Origin: Cenarchaeum sp.
GTDB taxonomy: Archaea; Thermoproteota; Nitrososphaeria; Nitrososphaerales; Nitrosopumilaceae
NCBI GenBank assembly: GCA_963693095.2
Contig: OY843768.1
Coordinates: 1,408,001-1,472,000 of the forward strand
DNA length: 64,000 nt
Direction of reading: 5' to 3'
The position numbers and the translations under genes were made by a program. Position 1 is the first letter of the stretch; each line of letters begins with the position of its first letter. This document shows positions 39,355 to 48,207 of the stretch, in pieces. Under the pieces are notes generated by a model. The model saw only the letters and a program-made list of their open reading frames with translations, did not search any database and was not told the DNA's origin.

Positions 39355-39514
39355 TGGACTCGACATCGCTGCCGCCCTTTATCATCGAGATTTCGTGGCG
39401 TGCGATCTTGTTGCGCATTGCGTGCTTTAGCCTGTCGACCTCTGCGCGCAGCGTTGCGACCTCGTCCTCGAGGCGCGCGACGCGGTTGTAGATGGTCTCA
39501 GATGACTCGCTCAT
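39344..39514 (-). CDS. 56-aa coiled-coil protein
   Basis: Hand translation MSESSETIYNRVARLEDEVATLRAEVDRLKHAMRNKIARHEISMIKGGSDVESIID; TATA-like element ~25 bp upstream. Confidence 0.7.
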   Translation of the reverse strand: MSESSETIYNRVARLEDEVATLRAEVDRLKHAMRNKIARHEISMIKGGSDVESIID

Positions 39515-39573
39515 TTCAGCGTCCCCCTCACCAAATTTACTTAAAAAGGTATGTCCGGCCCCACGCGTGAAGC

Positions 39574-39735
39574 CTAGAGCTCAAACTCCTTGTTGCACGA
39601 GGGGCACTTTGCGCGCTCCTCGCCCGGAGGGCCAATTATCTGGATTCGCCCTATCGTCTTGCACTCGCGGCACATGCCCGTCGTCACGTTGCGTGCGCGC
39701 GTGCGGACGATCTTTTGGCTCTTTCTGCGCCCCAT
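39574..39735 (-). CDS. 53-aa basic zinc-ribbon protein (Elf1-like architecture)
   Basis: MGRRKSQK...CREC...CPSC; TATA-like element at ~39762-39768. Confidence 0.7.
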   Translation of the reverse strand: MGRRKSQKIVRTRARNVTTGMCRECKTIGRIQIIGPPGEERAKCPSCNKEFEL

Positions 39736-39792
39736 CTCGCGCGGTGGGGAGTCGCGCGCACTATTAAGTCTAATTGCCACGGCGCGCTTTGG

Positions 39793-39879
39793 TGGCGCGG
39801 AGAGAGGGATTCGAACCCTCGTGCTCTTGCGAGCATGGGATTAGCAATCCCACGCCCTACCAGGCTAGGCGATCTCCGC
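39793..39879 (-). tRNA. tRNA-Ser(GCT), CCA encoded
   Basis: GCGGAGA acceptor stem, GTGGGA-TTGCTAA-TCCCAT anticodon arm, long variable arm, GGTTCGAATCC. Confidence 0.95.
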
Positions 39880-40109
39880 ACGTGCGCCGCACGCGCAGTC
39901 GCGCGTATTAAACTGATGCGCATTTGGAGCCGCGCATTGGCCTTCGGCGCCTGATGTCCGCCATCCCTGTCCGGGGAACCCAAGCCGTGCCGTTGGGGAG
40001 AGTCCAGGACGCCCCATGGCTCCCACGGCGCAGACAGGTCGTCCCGCAAGGCGGCCATGCGGCGCGCACGGCGCAGGGTTTAATATCAAATTCCTGCGAG
40101 CGCAGGGCA

Positions 40110-41144
40110 ATGACCAGCAAGGCAGCAGTGATGCGAGGGGATGGCATAGGTCCGGAAGTCGTCGATGCCATGCTATCTGTCCTGCGCGAGTGCAACACGG
40201 GGATTGAGCTTGTCATGTGCGAGGCCGGCTCGGAGCAGTGGGAGAAAAATTCGCGACGCGACGCGACGTACATACCTGATGCGACGATGGACGAGCTAAA
40301 GCGCACAGACGCGTGCTTTAAGGGTCCGACGACGACTCTGCCAGTGCCGGGCGCACCGCGAAGCGTCGCAGTCACGCTGCGCCAAAAGTTTGAGCTGTAC
40401 GCCAACATTAGACCGTGCTCGACATACGAGAGGATCACGCCGGGCCGCCACCTCGAGTGCGTCTGCTTTCGCGAGGCCACAGAAGGCCTCTATTCGGGCG
40501 TCGAGGCCCAAGTCGGGCCAGACGCGGCCATTGCAATAAGAAAGGTGACAAGGGCTGGTTGTGCGCGTCTCGTCGATGCGGCGTTTGCGTGGGCAAGGGA
40601 TCGCGGCATGAAAAAGGCAGTCGCCATCACAAAGAGGAACATACTAAAGCGCACCGACGGCATATTTTGGGAGGAGGTTCAGCGAGCCGCCTCTGAGTCT
40701 GCCGGCGTCGACGTCTCTGAAGTGTACATTGACAACATGGCCCAGCAGCTCGTCGTGGCGCCTGAACAGTTCAACGGGGCAGTCCTGCTCAGCACAAACC
40801 TCTTCATGGACATCATATCCGAGCTCGTCTCTGGCCTCGTCGGCTCGATAGGGCTAATACACTCGGCGAACATGGGCGACACGTACGCAATGTTCGAGGC
40901 TGCCCACGGCTCGGCACCAGACATCGCCGGCCAGGGAAAGGCAAATCCGGCAGCGACCATACTGTCAGGCGCATGGATGGCCGAGCACCTCGGCGAGGCC
41001 GAGATCGGGCGCGCCATAAGGGAATCGACTGCCAGTGTCATCAACGAGGGCAAGGCCGTGACTGCAGACATTGGCGGCTCGGCGGGCACCACGCAGATGG
41101 CCGCAGCCATTGCTGCCGGTGCGGCCTCGTCGCTACGCCGCTGA
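40110..41144 (+). CDS. isocitrate/isopropylmalate dehydrogenase family protein
   Basis: GDGIGPEV, LRQKFELYANIRP, NLFMDIISE, FEAAHGSAPDIAGQGKANP. Confidence 0.92.
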   Translation: MTSKAAVMRGDGIGPEVVDAMLSVLRECNTGIELVMCEAGSEQWEKNSRRDATYIPDATMDELKRTDACFKGPTTTLPVPGAPRSVAVTLRQKFELYANIRPCSTYERITPGRHLECVCFREATEGLYSGVEAQVGPDAAIAIRKVTRAGCARLVDAAFAWARDRGMKKAVAITKRNILKRTDGIFWEEVQRAASESAGVDVSEVYIDNMAQQLVVAPEQFNGAVLLSTNLFMDIISELVSGLVGSIGLIHSANMGDTYAMFEAAHGSAPDIAGQGKANPAATILSGAWMAEHLGEAEIGRAIRESTASVINEGKAVTADIGGSAGTTQMAAAIAAGAASSLRR

Positions 41145-41173
41145 AACGGCGATTGCCGCGGGTGCGGCCGCCC

Positions 41174-41698
41174 CTATGCCCGCGAGGCCTCGATTAGTAG
41201 GAGGGTCTCAAAGAACATCTTTTTTGACATGACCGTGCGCGTCAGGAGGCCAGACGAGCGCGCCAGGTTGACTAGCTCCTCGGGGTGCGAGAGCGATGAC
41301 GTGACAAAGAGAAAGCGCCCGCCGCGCGCAATTCGCGGGATAGCCGAGCGCATTATGCGCAGCGGGACCTCGACGCCGCCGCGTCCGCCATCAGTCGCGT
41401 GGACCTCGACGGAGTCTGACTCGACATAGGGCATGTTGCATATGACAAGCTCAAAGTCTCCCCGCAGCGCGCCGGCACCGTCACAGCAGACGCGATTTTT
41501 CGCGCGAAATGTCTGCGTGTGCAGCGCGCCAAGGTTGATGTCTGTCGCGACGACGAACTCAAATGAACGCTCCAGGACGCGTGTCAGGTATCCGGATCCC
41601 GATCCTATCTCAAGGGCGCTATGGCCAGACGCGCCGACTAGGCCATCCTCAAGGAGGAACGTGTCCTCGGCGCGCGCGTACTCGCGCTCAGCGCCCAA
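41174..41698 (-). CDS. HemK2/PrmC-like methyltransferase
   Basis: EDTFLL, EIGSGSG, NMPY, DGGRGG. Confidence 0.85.
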   Translation of the reverse strand: MGAEREYARAEDTFLLEDGLVGASGHSALEIGSGSGYLTRVLERSFEFVVATDINLGALHTQTFRAKNRVCCDGAGALRGDFELVICNMPYVESDSVEVHATDGGRGGVEVPLRIMRSAIPRIARGGRFLFVTSSLSHPEELVNLARSSGLLTRTVMSKKMFFETLLLIEASRA

Positions 41699-42407
41699 GT
41701 GACTGCGCGATGCGGACAATCTCTCCACCGTCGAGCTCCTCTACCCGCCCGTCACCATCCCCCGTGCGCGGCGCCGCACCGAGTATCTGCAGCGCGCGGC
41801 GGAGCGTCTTTCTCCTGTACGAAAAGAGCGAGTTTATCGCATGAACGGTCTGCGCATCGAGCGTAGCGAGGCGGCGCAGCGAGAGTATGACCGAGTCAAC
41901 GCGAGGCGGCGGGTCAAAGCTGTCACGGCCAACGCCGGCGACACGCGATATGTCAAATGCCGCATTGGCGACCACGCTTATTGCGCGCCGGTCGCATGCG
42001 CGCGCAGGGCAGAGCTTGTCGGCAAACTCGCGCTGCACGATGACGGCCCCACGGGCAAAGCGGCGCTGTGCCATCCACTCAAAGGCACGCCGGCTCTGTG
42101 AGTACGGGAGGCTAGAGACAAAGACGTCAAACTCGCCATCACCAGAGAACGCATCAGCGCAGCGCAGCTCAAGGTTTGGCGTGTGCCCGAGGCGCTCACA
42201 GACGTCGGCGTGAAGGCGCGCATCAGACTCTACTGATATGACTCGCGCGGCGGCCTCGCAGAGGAGGGGGACGAGTGCGCCCGTGCCCGTGCCTGCCTCA
42301 TATACCGTGTCCGAGCCCCCCACGTCGGCAGCCGAGACCACTAGCGTGGCGGCCTCTGTGGAGGCCAAAAAGTGCTGACCCGCCTCAGCGCGCCGGCTGC
42401 GCGTCAT
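41688..42407 (-). CDS. ksgA: 16S rRNA adenine dimethyltransferase KsgA/RsmA
   Basis: GQHFL, EAGTGTG, SLPYS, QREFA, FDPPPRVDS. Confidence 0.92.
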   Translation of the reverse strand: MTRSRRAEAGQHFLASTEAATLVVSAADVGGSDTVYEAGTGTGALVPLLCEAAARVISVESDARLHADVCERLGHTPNLELRCADAFSGDGEFDVFVSSLPYSQSRRAFEWMAQRRFARGAVIVQREFADKLCPARACDRRAISVVANAAFDISRVAGVGRDSFDPPPRVDSVILSLRRLATLDAQTVHAINSLFSYRRKTLRRALQILGAAPRTGDGDGRVEELDGGEIVRIAQSLGR

Positions 42408-42970
42408 CGCTTGACAAAGATGCTCATGCGCGTGACGCCCGTTATCTCGTCCATGACGCGCTGCACGATGCGCGTGATGGGATCCTTGAGACCCGCGCGC
42501 TCCTCGACGTCGTCATAGCTCTCAAACGGGCTCCTTGTGCGCTCGTCGATGATCGTCTTTAGGAGCTTCCTGCCCACGCCGGGTATTATCTCTAGGGCAT
42601 GCGTGCGCGGCGTGAGCGGCTCTGCCCTGTTGATGTACATGACAAAGCGCTCCTCGCTGTCCTCGACTATCTCACGCACGATGCGCGGGATCGCATCTTT
42701 TGCGCCGCTAGGTATCCGCTCGTACTCTAGCTTGCCGAGGACGGAATCGATCTTTGATCGACTCTCCTTGCTCACGTCAAGCCTCTCGCCGATCTCAAAG
42801 GATGCGCCCTCGCTGCCGAGAACCTCAAGGAGCGTAAACTTGTTCTCGCCGATCGTCGTAAGTATAATCCCCTTTTTGCCGCGAACCGTCATCGAGCGCT
42901 GGCGCGTGCGAAAGTCAAGCACGCGCACCATCTCCTCATACTTTTTTGGGACAGGGGCGGACAATACCAC
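42404..42970 (-). CDS. DUF655 family putative RNA-binding protein
   Basis: IGENKFTLLE, HALEIIPGVG HhH; conserved rpl21e-rpo4-DUF655-ksgA order. Confidence 0.9.
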   Translation of the reverse strand: MVLSAPVPKKYEEMVRVLDFRTRQRSMTVRGKKGIILTTIGENKFTLLEVLGSEGASFEIGERLDVSKESRSKIDSVLGKLEYERIPSGAKDAIPRIVREIVEDSEERFVMYINRAEPLTPRTHALEIIPGVGRKLLKTIIDERTRSPFESYDDVEERAGLKDPITRIVQRVMDEITGVTRMSIFVKR

Positions 42971-42981
42971 ATTACCCTTGG

Positions 42982-43308
42982 TCAGGACTTCTCCTTGATT
43001 ATGGAGATTATCTTTTCAAGTGTCTCTGTAAGGATTAGCTTTTTCCAGCCGAACGTGAACGAGCGCAGCTCGGCCATCGAGGACGGGAGGATGTTGACTA
43101 TCTCCACGGCCTCCTCCTCGGTCAGTCCGCACTCCTTGACCATGCGCTGTCGCATCTTTTTGGCCTCATCTCCCTCGATCGAGACGAACTTTGTCGCATA
43201 GTCGCGCGTCCAGTTCTGTATCTGATCCATCGAGTCAGGATCCGCCTTGCCAAGGAGATCCTTGACCTCTGCTAGAGTGATCGGCTGCTTTTTGCGTATC
43301 TCCTCCAA
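42982..43308 (-). CDS. rpo4: RNA polymerase subunit Rpo4 (RpoF)
   Basis: ITLAEVKDLL, EEAVEIVNILP..AELRS; gene order. Confidence 0.9.
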   Translation of the reverse strand: MEEIRKKQPITLAEVKDLLGKADPDSMDQIQNWTRDYATKFVSIEGDEAKKMRQRMVKECGLTEEEAVEIVNILPSSMAELRSFTFGWKKLILTETLEKIISIIKEKS

Positions 43309-43309
43309 C

Positions 43310-43612
43310 TTACAGCACCCCAAACGGCTTTACGTGATCAAGCCTGGTTATCAGCGTCTTTGACTTGTTGCCCAGCTTTACGTCGAGCGTGAGCGTGCGC
43401 CTGCCCACGTTGCGGACGAGGCCAACCTTGCCGTGATAGCGACGGTGCGGCAGGCCCTTGTGCTGCGAGGGGTCGATGATGACGAGTGCCCTCTGGCCCA
43501 CGGTGTACTCACGCAGGAGGAACGAAACGCCCCTGATGGCCCTTTTGGTCATGATCGAGCGTGACTTGTGGCGGAATCCGTGCGAGCGGCCCGACGGCTT
43601 TTTGGTGGTCAT
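43310..43612 (-). CDS. rpl21e: 50S ribosomal protein L21e
   Basis: SHGFRHKSR, HKGLPHRRYHGKVG. Confidence 0.95.
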   Translation of the reverse strand: MTTKKPSGRSHGFRHKSRSIMTKRAIRGVSFLLREYTVGQRALVIIDPSQHKGLPHRRYHGKVGLVRNVGRRTLTLDVKLGNKSKTLITRLDHVKPFGVL

Positions 43613-43653
43613 TACAGGCCGCGTGCGCGGCTGCCTATTTTTAACACTTTTGG

Positions 43654-44865
43654 CTATTTAGCGGCCTCTTGGGGGTCTGAATCGCCTGATTCTGCCCCTG
43701 GAGCCGGTGCGTCAGGCGAGGCGTCAGGCGAGGCCTCTACTGTGGCCGCATCGTCGACCCCCGGCTCGGGCACGTCAGTAGGACCCTCGACCCTAGGGCC
43801 GTCATCGGCCTCTGGCTCGGGCGCTGCCTTTTTGACCCTCTTGGTGGCCGGCTTGGCCGCAGGCTTTGCGGCAACTACCTTTTTGGTCTTTTTGGCCCCT
43901 GCATCCTCGGGGTCGATCACTCCGGCTGCCCCGAGCGCAAAGAGAACCTCTTCCTCGGGATGGTGCGGGCTGTCAACCATGCGCGCAATCCTCTTCTTGC
44001 CGGATTTTTTAAAGTAGACTCGGTACGTGCTCGTGTGGGCCACAACGTTGCCGCCGACGGGACGCGTTGGATCGCCAAAGAAGACATCTGGTGATGCCAT
44101 GACCTGGTTTGTCGCTATCGCAGCACAGTTGTATGTCTCGGCGATGCGCGAGAGCAGGTGAACAAAGTGGTTGAGCTTTTGCTGCCTGGCGGCTAGCGTG
44201 CCCCGTCCAAGGTACTCTGACCTAAAGAGGCCCACGGCAGAGTCTGACACTATGAGTTTTATGTTGTTGTCCTTTATCAGGTTGCTCGCCTCCTCGAGTA
44301 TGAGCGTCTGGTGCGCGCTGTTGTAGGCGCGCGCAACTATGATGTTCTCGAGAACTTTTTCGGGATCCATTCCGTGCGCATTGGCGATTGTGACTATGCG
44401 CTCCGGACGGAAGGTGTGCTCGGAGTCTATGTAGAGCACGTTGCCCTGCAGGCCGCCCTCCTCGGGAGACTTTTGGACCATGACGCACATTGTGTGACAG
44501 AACTGTGTCTTGCCGCAGCCAAACTCGCCATACACCTCGGTGAGCGCCTGCGTCTCGATGCCGCCCTCAAAGAGCGTGTCAAGGCAGTTCGTGCCAGTGG
44601 TGATCTTGCCAATGTCCTGCCTCCTCTTGTAGATTTCCGAGGCGCTCTCAAAGCTCTGCGCTATGAGACCAGCGTCGGCAAGCTGCACGCGTGCCTTGTT
44701 GACTATCTTTTCGGCCGTGTCGCGGTCCATGCCGGTGATCTCGGTGATCTCGACGGGACCCCTGACTACGAGGTCCATCATGTTGTGAACCCCGGCGTCG
44801 GTGAGTTTCTTCGTGGTGACCGGCCCGACCCCCGCGAGGTTCTCGAGCTTGTACTCGGCTTCCAT
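43654..44865 (-). CDS. radA: DNA repair and recombination protein RadA with a low-complexity C-tail
   Basis: GEFGCGKTQ, TFRPERI, RSEYLGRGTLAARQQKL, RIARMVDSP. Confidence 0.97.
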   Translation of the reverse strand: MEAEYKLENLAGVGPVTTKKLTDAGVHNMMDLVVRGPVEITEITGMDRDTAEKIVNKARVQLADAGLIAQSFESASEIYKRRQDIGKITTGTNCLDTLFEGGIETQALTEVYGEFGCGKTQFCHTMCVMVQKSPEEGGLQGNVLYIDSEHTFRPERIVTIANAHGMDPEKVLENIIVARAYNSAHQTLILEEASNLIKDNNIKLIVSDSAVGLFRSEYLGRGTLAARQQKLNHFVHLLSRIAETYNCAAIATNQVMASPDVFFGDPTRPVGGNVVAHTSTYRVYFKKSGKKRIARMVDSPHHPEEEVLFALGAAGVIDPEDAGAKKTKKVVAAKPAAKPATKRVKKAAPEPEADDGPRVEGPTDVPEPGVDDAATVEASPDASPDAPAPGAESGDSDPQEAAK

Positions 44866-45051
44866 GGCAGAGGGGTCAGTACGGTACTATAAAGGGATTT
44901 ACCTGAATGGCGGATTTCGGCGTGTTTCTCCACAAGGGCAAATTTCCTGTTTTCTATATAGATAAATCCTGCCCACGCCGAGCATCAGGACGCGCCAAAG
45001 TGACCACATCCCGTAAAGACTTTTTTAGAGCGCCCCGGCGGGCCGTTCCAG

Positions 45052-45684
45052 ATGGCAGATATCATTGCCAGGATCGATGGGCTCATCGAGAGAAAGAGCC
45101 TGCTAAAGCACCCGTTCTACCAAAAGTGGTCCGAGGGCTCACTTGACATCGAGTCGCTTGCCGGATACTCAAAGGAGTACTATCAGCTCGCGCGCGCAGT
45201 CCCGGACTTTGTCGGCTCGATAGTTGCCAGCGCGCCGTCTGGCACCGACACTGCCGAGATGGTCAGTGTAATGGACGAGGAGCGCGAGCACATACCGATG
45301 TGGGAGAGGTTTGCCGCATCGCTTGGCGCAGGACGCGAGTCGCTAGGATCAGGGAGGCCAAAGACAGTCGATGCAGTCAGCACCATAGGCGGCCTCATGG
45401 GATCATTTGAGGGCGGCGCGAGTGCAATGTATGCGCTTGAAAAAGAGATACCAAAGATCAGCCACACAAAGCTTGACGGACTAGCAGAGTTTTACGGCAT
45501 AACATCAGCAGACGCAACAGAGTACCTAAGGGTTCACACAGAGGCAGACATACGCCATGCTGCAGTCTGGAGTCGCATAGTGGCCGAGTCGCCAAGTCCC
45601 GAGACGATGCTCACCGTGGCCGACGCGTCACTCGATGCGCAAAACCTGCTACTCGACAGCTGCTATGAAGCATACTGCCAATAG
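45052..45684 (+). CDS. TenA/PqqC/CADD-like heme-oxygenase-like diiron protein
   Basis: LLKHPFYQKWSEG, DEEREH, YALE, HTEADIRH. Confidence 0.82.
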   Translation: MADIIARIDGLIERKSLLKHPFYQKWSEGSLDIESLAGYSKEYYQLARAVPDFVGSIVASAPSGTDTAEMVSVMDEEREHIPMWERFAASLGAGRESLGSGRPKTVDAVSTIGGLMGSFEGGASAMYALEKEIPKISHTKLDGLAEFYGITSADATEYLRVHTEADIRHAAVWSRIVAESPSPETMLTVADASLDAQNLLLDSCYEAYCQ

Positions 45685-45778
45685 CACGTCGTGACGTTTC
45701 ACGCAAGCCCCCGCAATACCAGACAAAACCATCACACTTGCATGGCTCTTGTGGCATTCCATCGAGCCGGCAACTATT

Positions 45779-45817
45779 GACTAACGCAGCGCCTCGCACT
45801 CCAAATCTGCGTTAGTC
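45779..45817. repeat. perfect 11-bp inverted repeat
   Basis: GACTAACGCAG-N17-CTGCGTTAGTC. Confidence 0.7.
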
Positions 45818-46253
45818 CTGGCGCAGGACGTCAAGAACGCCATGGCAGTCTGTCTGTCTCTAGTCTTGCGCACATGCAAACTGCGCGCACGCGCTGCCGA
45901 GTCCACACCATGTGCAATGCCCCGCATGCGCGCCTTGAGCGGGCTCATCAGCACTACGGTGGGAGGCCCGCCCATTATAGGAGGACGCCATGGGGGCGGC
46001 CAAATCCGCACCTCCAATATGGGCACAGTAGGGGCACGACTGTCCTGATGCCCCCTCATGCCAGGGCACAGCAGGCAATGCCCACCGGCGCGCACTGCCC
46101 CCAGCGGCCACGGCGCGGCGCATGGAGCCATCAGCATGTCTGCGCCCCTCCATCACGACCCAGGTTGCGCCATGGGAGGAGGGACACGTGCCGAGCCATG
46201 GGCGTTTGCGCGCGTGTAACATTTTATAGCAGCGCAGCGGCGCGCCGGAGCGT

Positions 46254-46327
46254 GGGCCCGTAACTCAGCTTGGTAGAGTAACCGGCTCATAACCGGTGAG
46301 CCACGGGATCGAAGCCCATCGGGCCCA
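46254..46327 (+). tRNA. tRNA with CAT anticodon, most likely tRNA-Ile2 (agmatidine type)
   Basis: GGGCCCG/CGGGCCC-A acceptor stem, ACCGG-CTCATAA-CCGGT anticodon arm, TTTTATA ~25 bp upstream. Confidence 0.88.
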
Positions 46328-46366
46328 CCTTCGCTAGTTTTAAAGCGAGTCTTGCGTGCGCGCGCA

Positions 46367-46436
46367 GTCGGCTGCGATGAGGAATCAGAGTTAACCTGAA
46401 CTGACTGATGAAAAGGCATTTGACCGAGCTGCCGAC
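46367..46436 (+). ncRNA. C/D-box guide sRNA targeting 23S rRNA (H69 and the ~1938 region)
   Basis: TTTTAAA TATA at 46338; terminal stem GTCGGCtGC/GCtGCCGAC; C GCGATGA 46374, D' CTGA 46396, C' CTGATGA 46405, D CCGA 46424; guides TCAGAGTTA and AAGGCATTTG. Confidence 0.8.
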
Positions 46437-46438
46437 GA

Positions 46439-47053
46439 CTATGCGCGCGTGCGCGCGCGTATCTCGCCCATGACACCATCATCAATCCTGCCGCTCGAGT
46501 GGAGCGCATCGGCGAGCTCGAGTATGGTCGCGACGCTCCGGAGCTCGACGCCCTCGTTTCGCAGGGCGTCGCCGGCCCCCTCGAGGCGGTCAACGAGGAC
46601 GATTGCGCCGCTGACGCCGGCGCCGATCTCGCGAAGTGCGGCGACTGCGTGCAGGACAGAGCCTCCCGTCGTGGCGACATCATCAACAACTAGCACACGG
46701 TCGCCGGGTGACACAATGCCCTCGACGGCGCGCGAGGTTCCGTGGCCCTTTGCGGACTTGCGGACATAGGCTAGCGGCTTTGCGGACTCGATGGCCATGG
46801 CCGACGCAAAGACGAGGCCTCCGGTGGGGATGGAGGCAAGCGAGTCAAATGAGCCAAGGCCCCCGAGGGCCTCGATCTCCCCGAGGAGCGCGCCGACCAT
46901 GCGCCTGAACGCCACCGGCGAGGAGGGCACGGCACGCATGTCGACATAGTAGGGGCTCCTCTTGCCGCTAGAGAGCTCAAAGTCGCCAAACTTTAGCGCA
47001 CCGAGCCCATGGAGCGATTCGGCGAACTCTCTAGGCCTCACGCGTGGCCCCAA
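46439..47053 (-). CDS. pyrE: orotate phosphoribosyltransferase
   Basis: FGDFELSSGKRSPYYVDMR, VRKSAKGHG, VVDDVATTGGS. Confidence 0.95.
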   Translation of the reverse strand: MGPRVRPREFAESLHGLGALKFGDFELSSGKRSPYYVDMRAVPSSPVAFRRMVGALLGEIEALGGLGSFDSLASIPTGGLVFASAMAIESAKPLAYVRKSAKGHGTSRAVEGIVSPGDRVLVVDDVATTGGSVLHAVAALREIGAGVSGAIVLVDRLEGAGDALRNEGVELRSVATILELADALHSSGRIDDGVMGEIRARTRA

Positions 47054-47095
47054 GCGCGACGGTTTTATTTTAGTTTGCGCGCGGGTCGGCCGTAG

Positions 47096-48175
47096 ATGCC
47101 CGAGATATGGCTCAACTATGGCTCCACGGACACGGTACTTGACATAAGGGCCGAGAACCTCGGTGACTCGATCGGCGCGGCAGGCTCGGCCCTGACGGCC
47201 GAGGGTCTCGGCGAGAGGCTCGAGGCCCTAGAGGCCGTGATGCCCCCGCGCATCGTCATGCTCAACGCAACGCGCGCCACTGCCAAGGCCATCGGGGCGC
47301 TGCGCGAGCTGTGCGAGTCAAAGTCGACGCCGTTTCCGGGCATTCTCGCCGAGCACGCGCTAGTCGCGCAGGCCAGGGCCGTCCTGCCCGAGGGCATCAA
47401 TGTCGCCGAGTTTGATCCCGCCGGTGGGCCTGGTGGCGGGATTGCGTTTCTAGCCGAGGCCGAGCTCGACGGCCTCTTTGGCTATGAGACTGTCGCAACG
47501 AGGCTCCTGCGGCGGTTTGGCGGCGAGGCGATGCACAGGGCATACACGAGGCGCGCGGGCAACTCGCCGGTTCCCGGACAGGAGACGCCATGCATGGAGG
47601 AGGCAAAGTCGTTTGCCGCAGGCCTCGACGTGACTGCCATAGAGGTCATCGGCGGCGGTGACGGCATTGGCGAGATTGCCACGGGCAACCCCGCCGAGAC
47701 TGCAGGTGCGGCAGCACCCCTCGGCAAGACGCGCGCCCTAGAGTCCTCAAACCGCTCAATGATCCTGAGCACTGGAAACGCGCACAGTGGCGCGACGCTC
47801 TCCAGGGCGCTCCACTCGCTGTGGAGCTGCGCGCGGGCCGTGCCCGGCGGTGGCCTCGTGGTCCTCCTCGCCGAGTGCTCTGGTGGCCTGGGCTCAGAGG
47901 CCCTGCGCAGGTTCGTCGAGGGACGCATGACCATCGAGCGCACAAAGCGTCCGCCAACATACATGGAGGGCATGGAGGATCTCCTCTACCTCGCCGAGGC
48001 GCGCGAGCGCATGGCCGTCGCGCTAGTCTCGACCATTCCTGACCTCTATACCAGAAAGCTCTGGATGTCGTCGATCGACTCGACAAAGCTTGCACTAGAG
48101 CACATACTAAAGAAGGGGCCGCGCCAAAAGGTCGCAGTCATCGCAGACGGCGCGCACACGCTCCTTGGCGCCTAG
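47096..48175 (+). CDS. LarA/DUF2088-like protein (degenerate lactate-racemase fold)
   Basis: MPEIWLNYG start, GGLVVLLAECSGGLG, KVAVIADG. Confidence 0.6.
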   Translation: MPEIWLNYGSTDTVLDIRAENLGDSIGAAGSALTAEGLGERLEALEAVMPPRIVMLNATRATAKAIGALRELCESKSTPFPGILAEHALVAQARAVLPEGINVAEFDPAGGPGGGIAFLAEAELDGLFGYETVATRLLRRFGGEAMHRAYTRRAGNSPVPGQETPCMEEAKSFAAGLDVTAIEVIGGGDGIGEIATGNPAETAGAAAPLGKTRALESSNRSMILSTGNAHSGATLSRALHSLWSCARAVPGGGLVVLLAECSGGLGSEALRRFVEGRMTIERTKRPPTYMEGMEDLLYLAEARERMAVALVSTIPDLYTRKLWMSSIDSTKLALEHILKKGPRQKVAVIADGAHTLLGA

Positions 48176-48207
48176 TGCCACGCGGGCATCCATCTGTCAT
48201 GGGTTCC

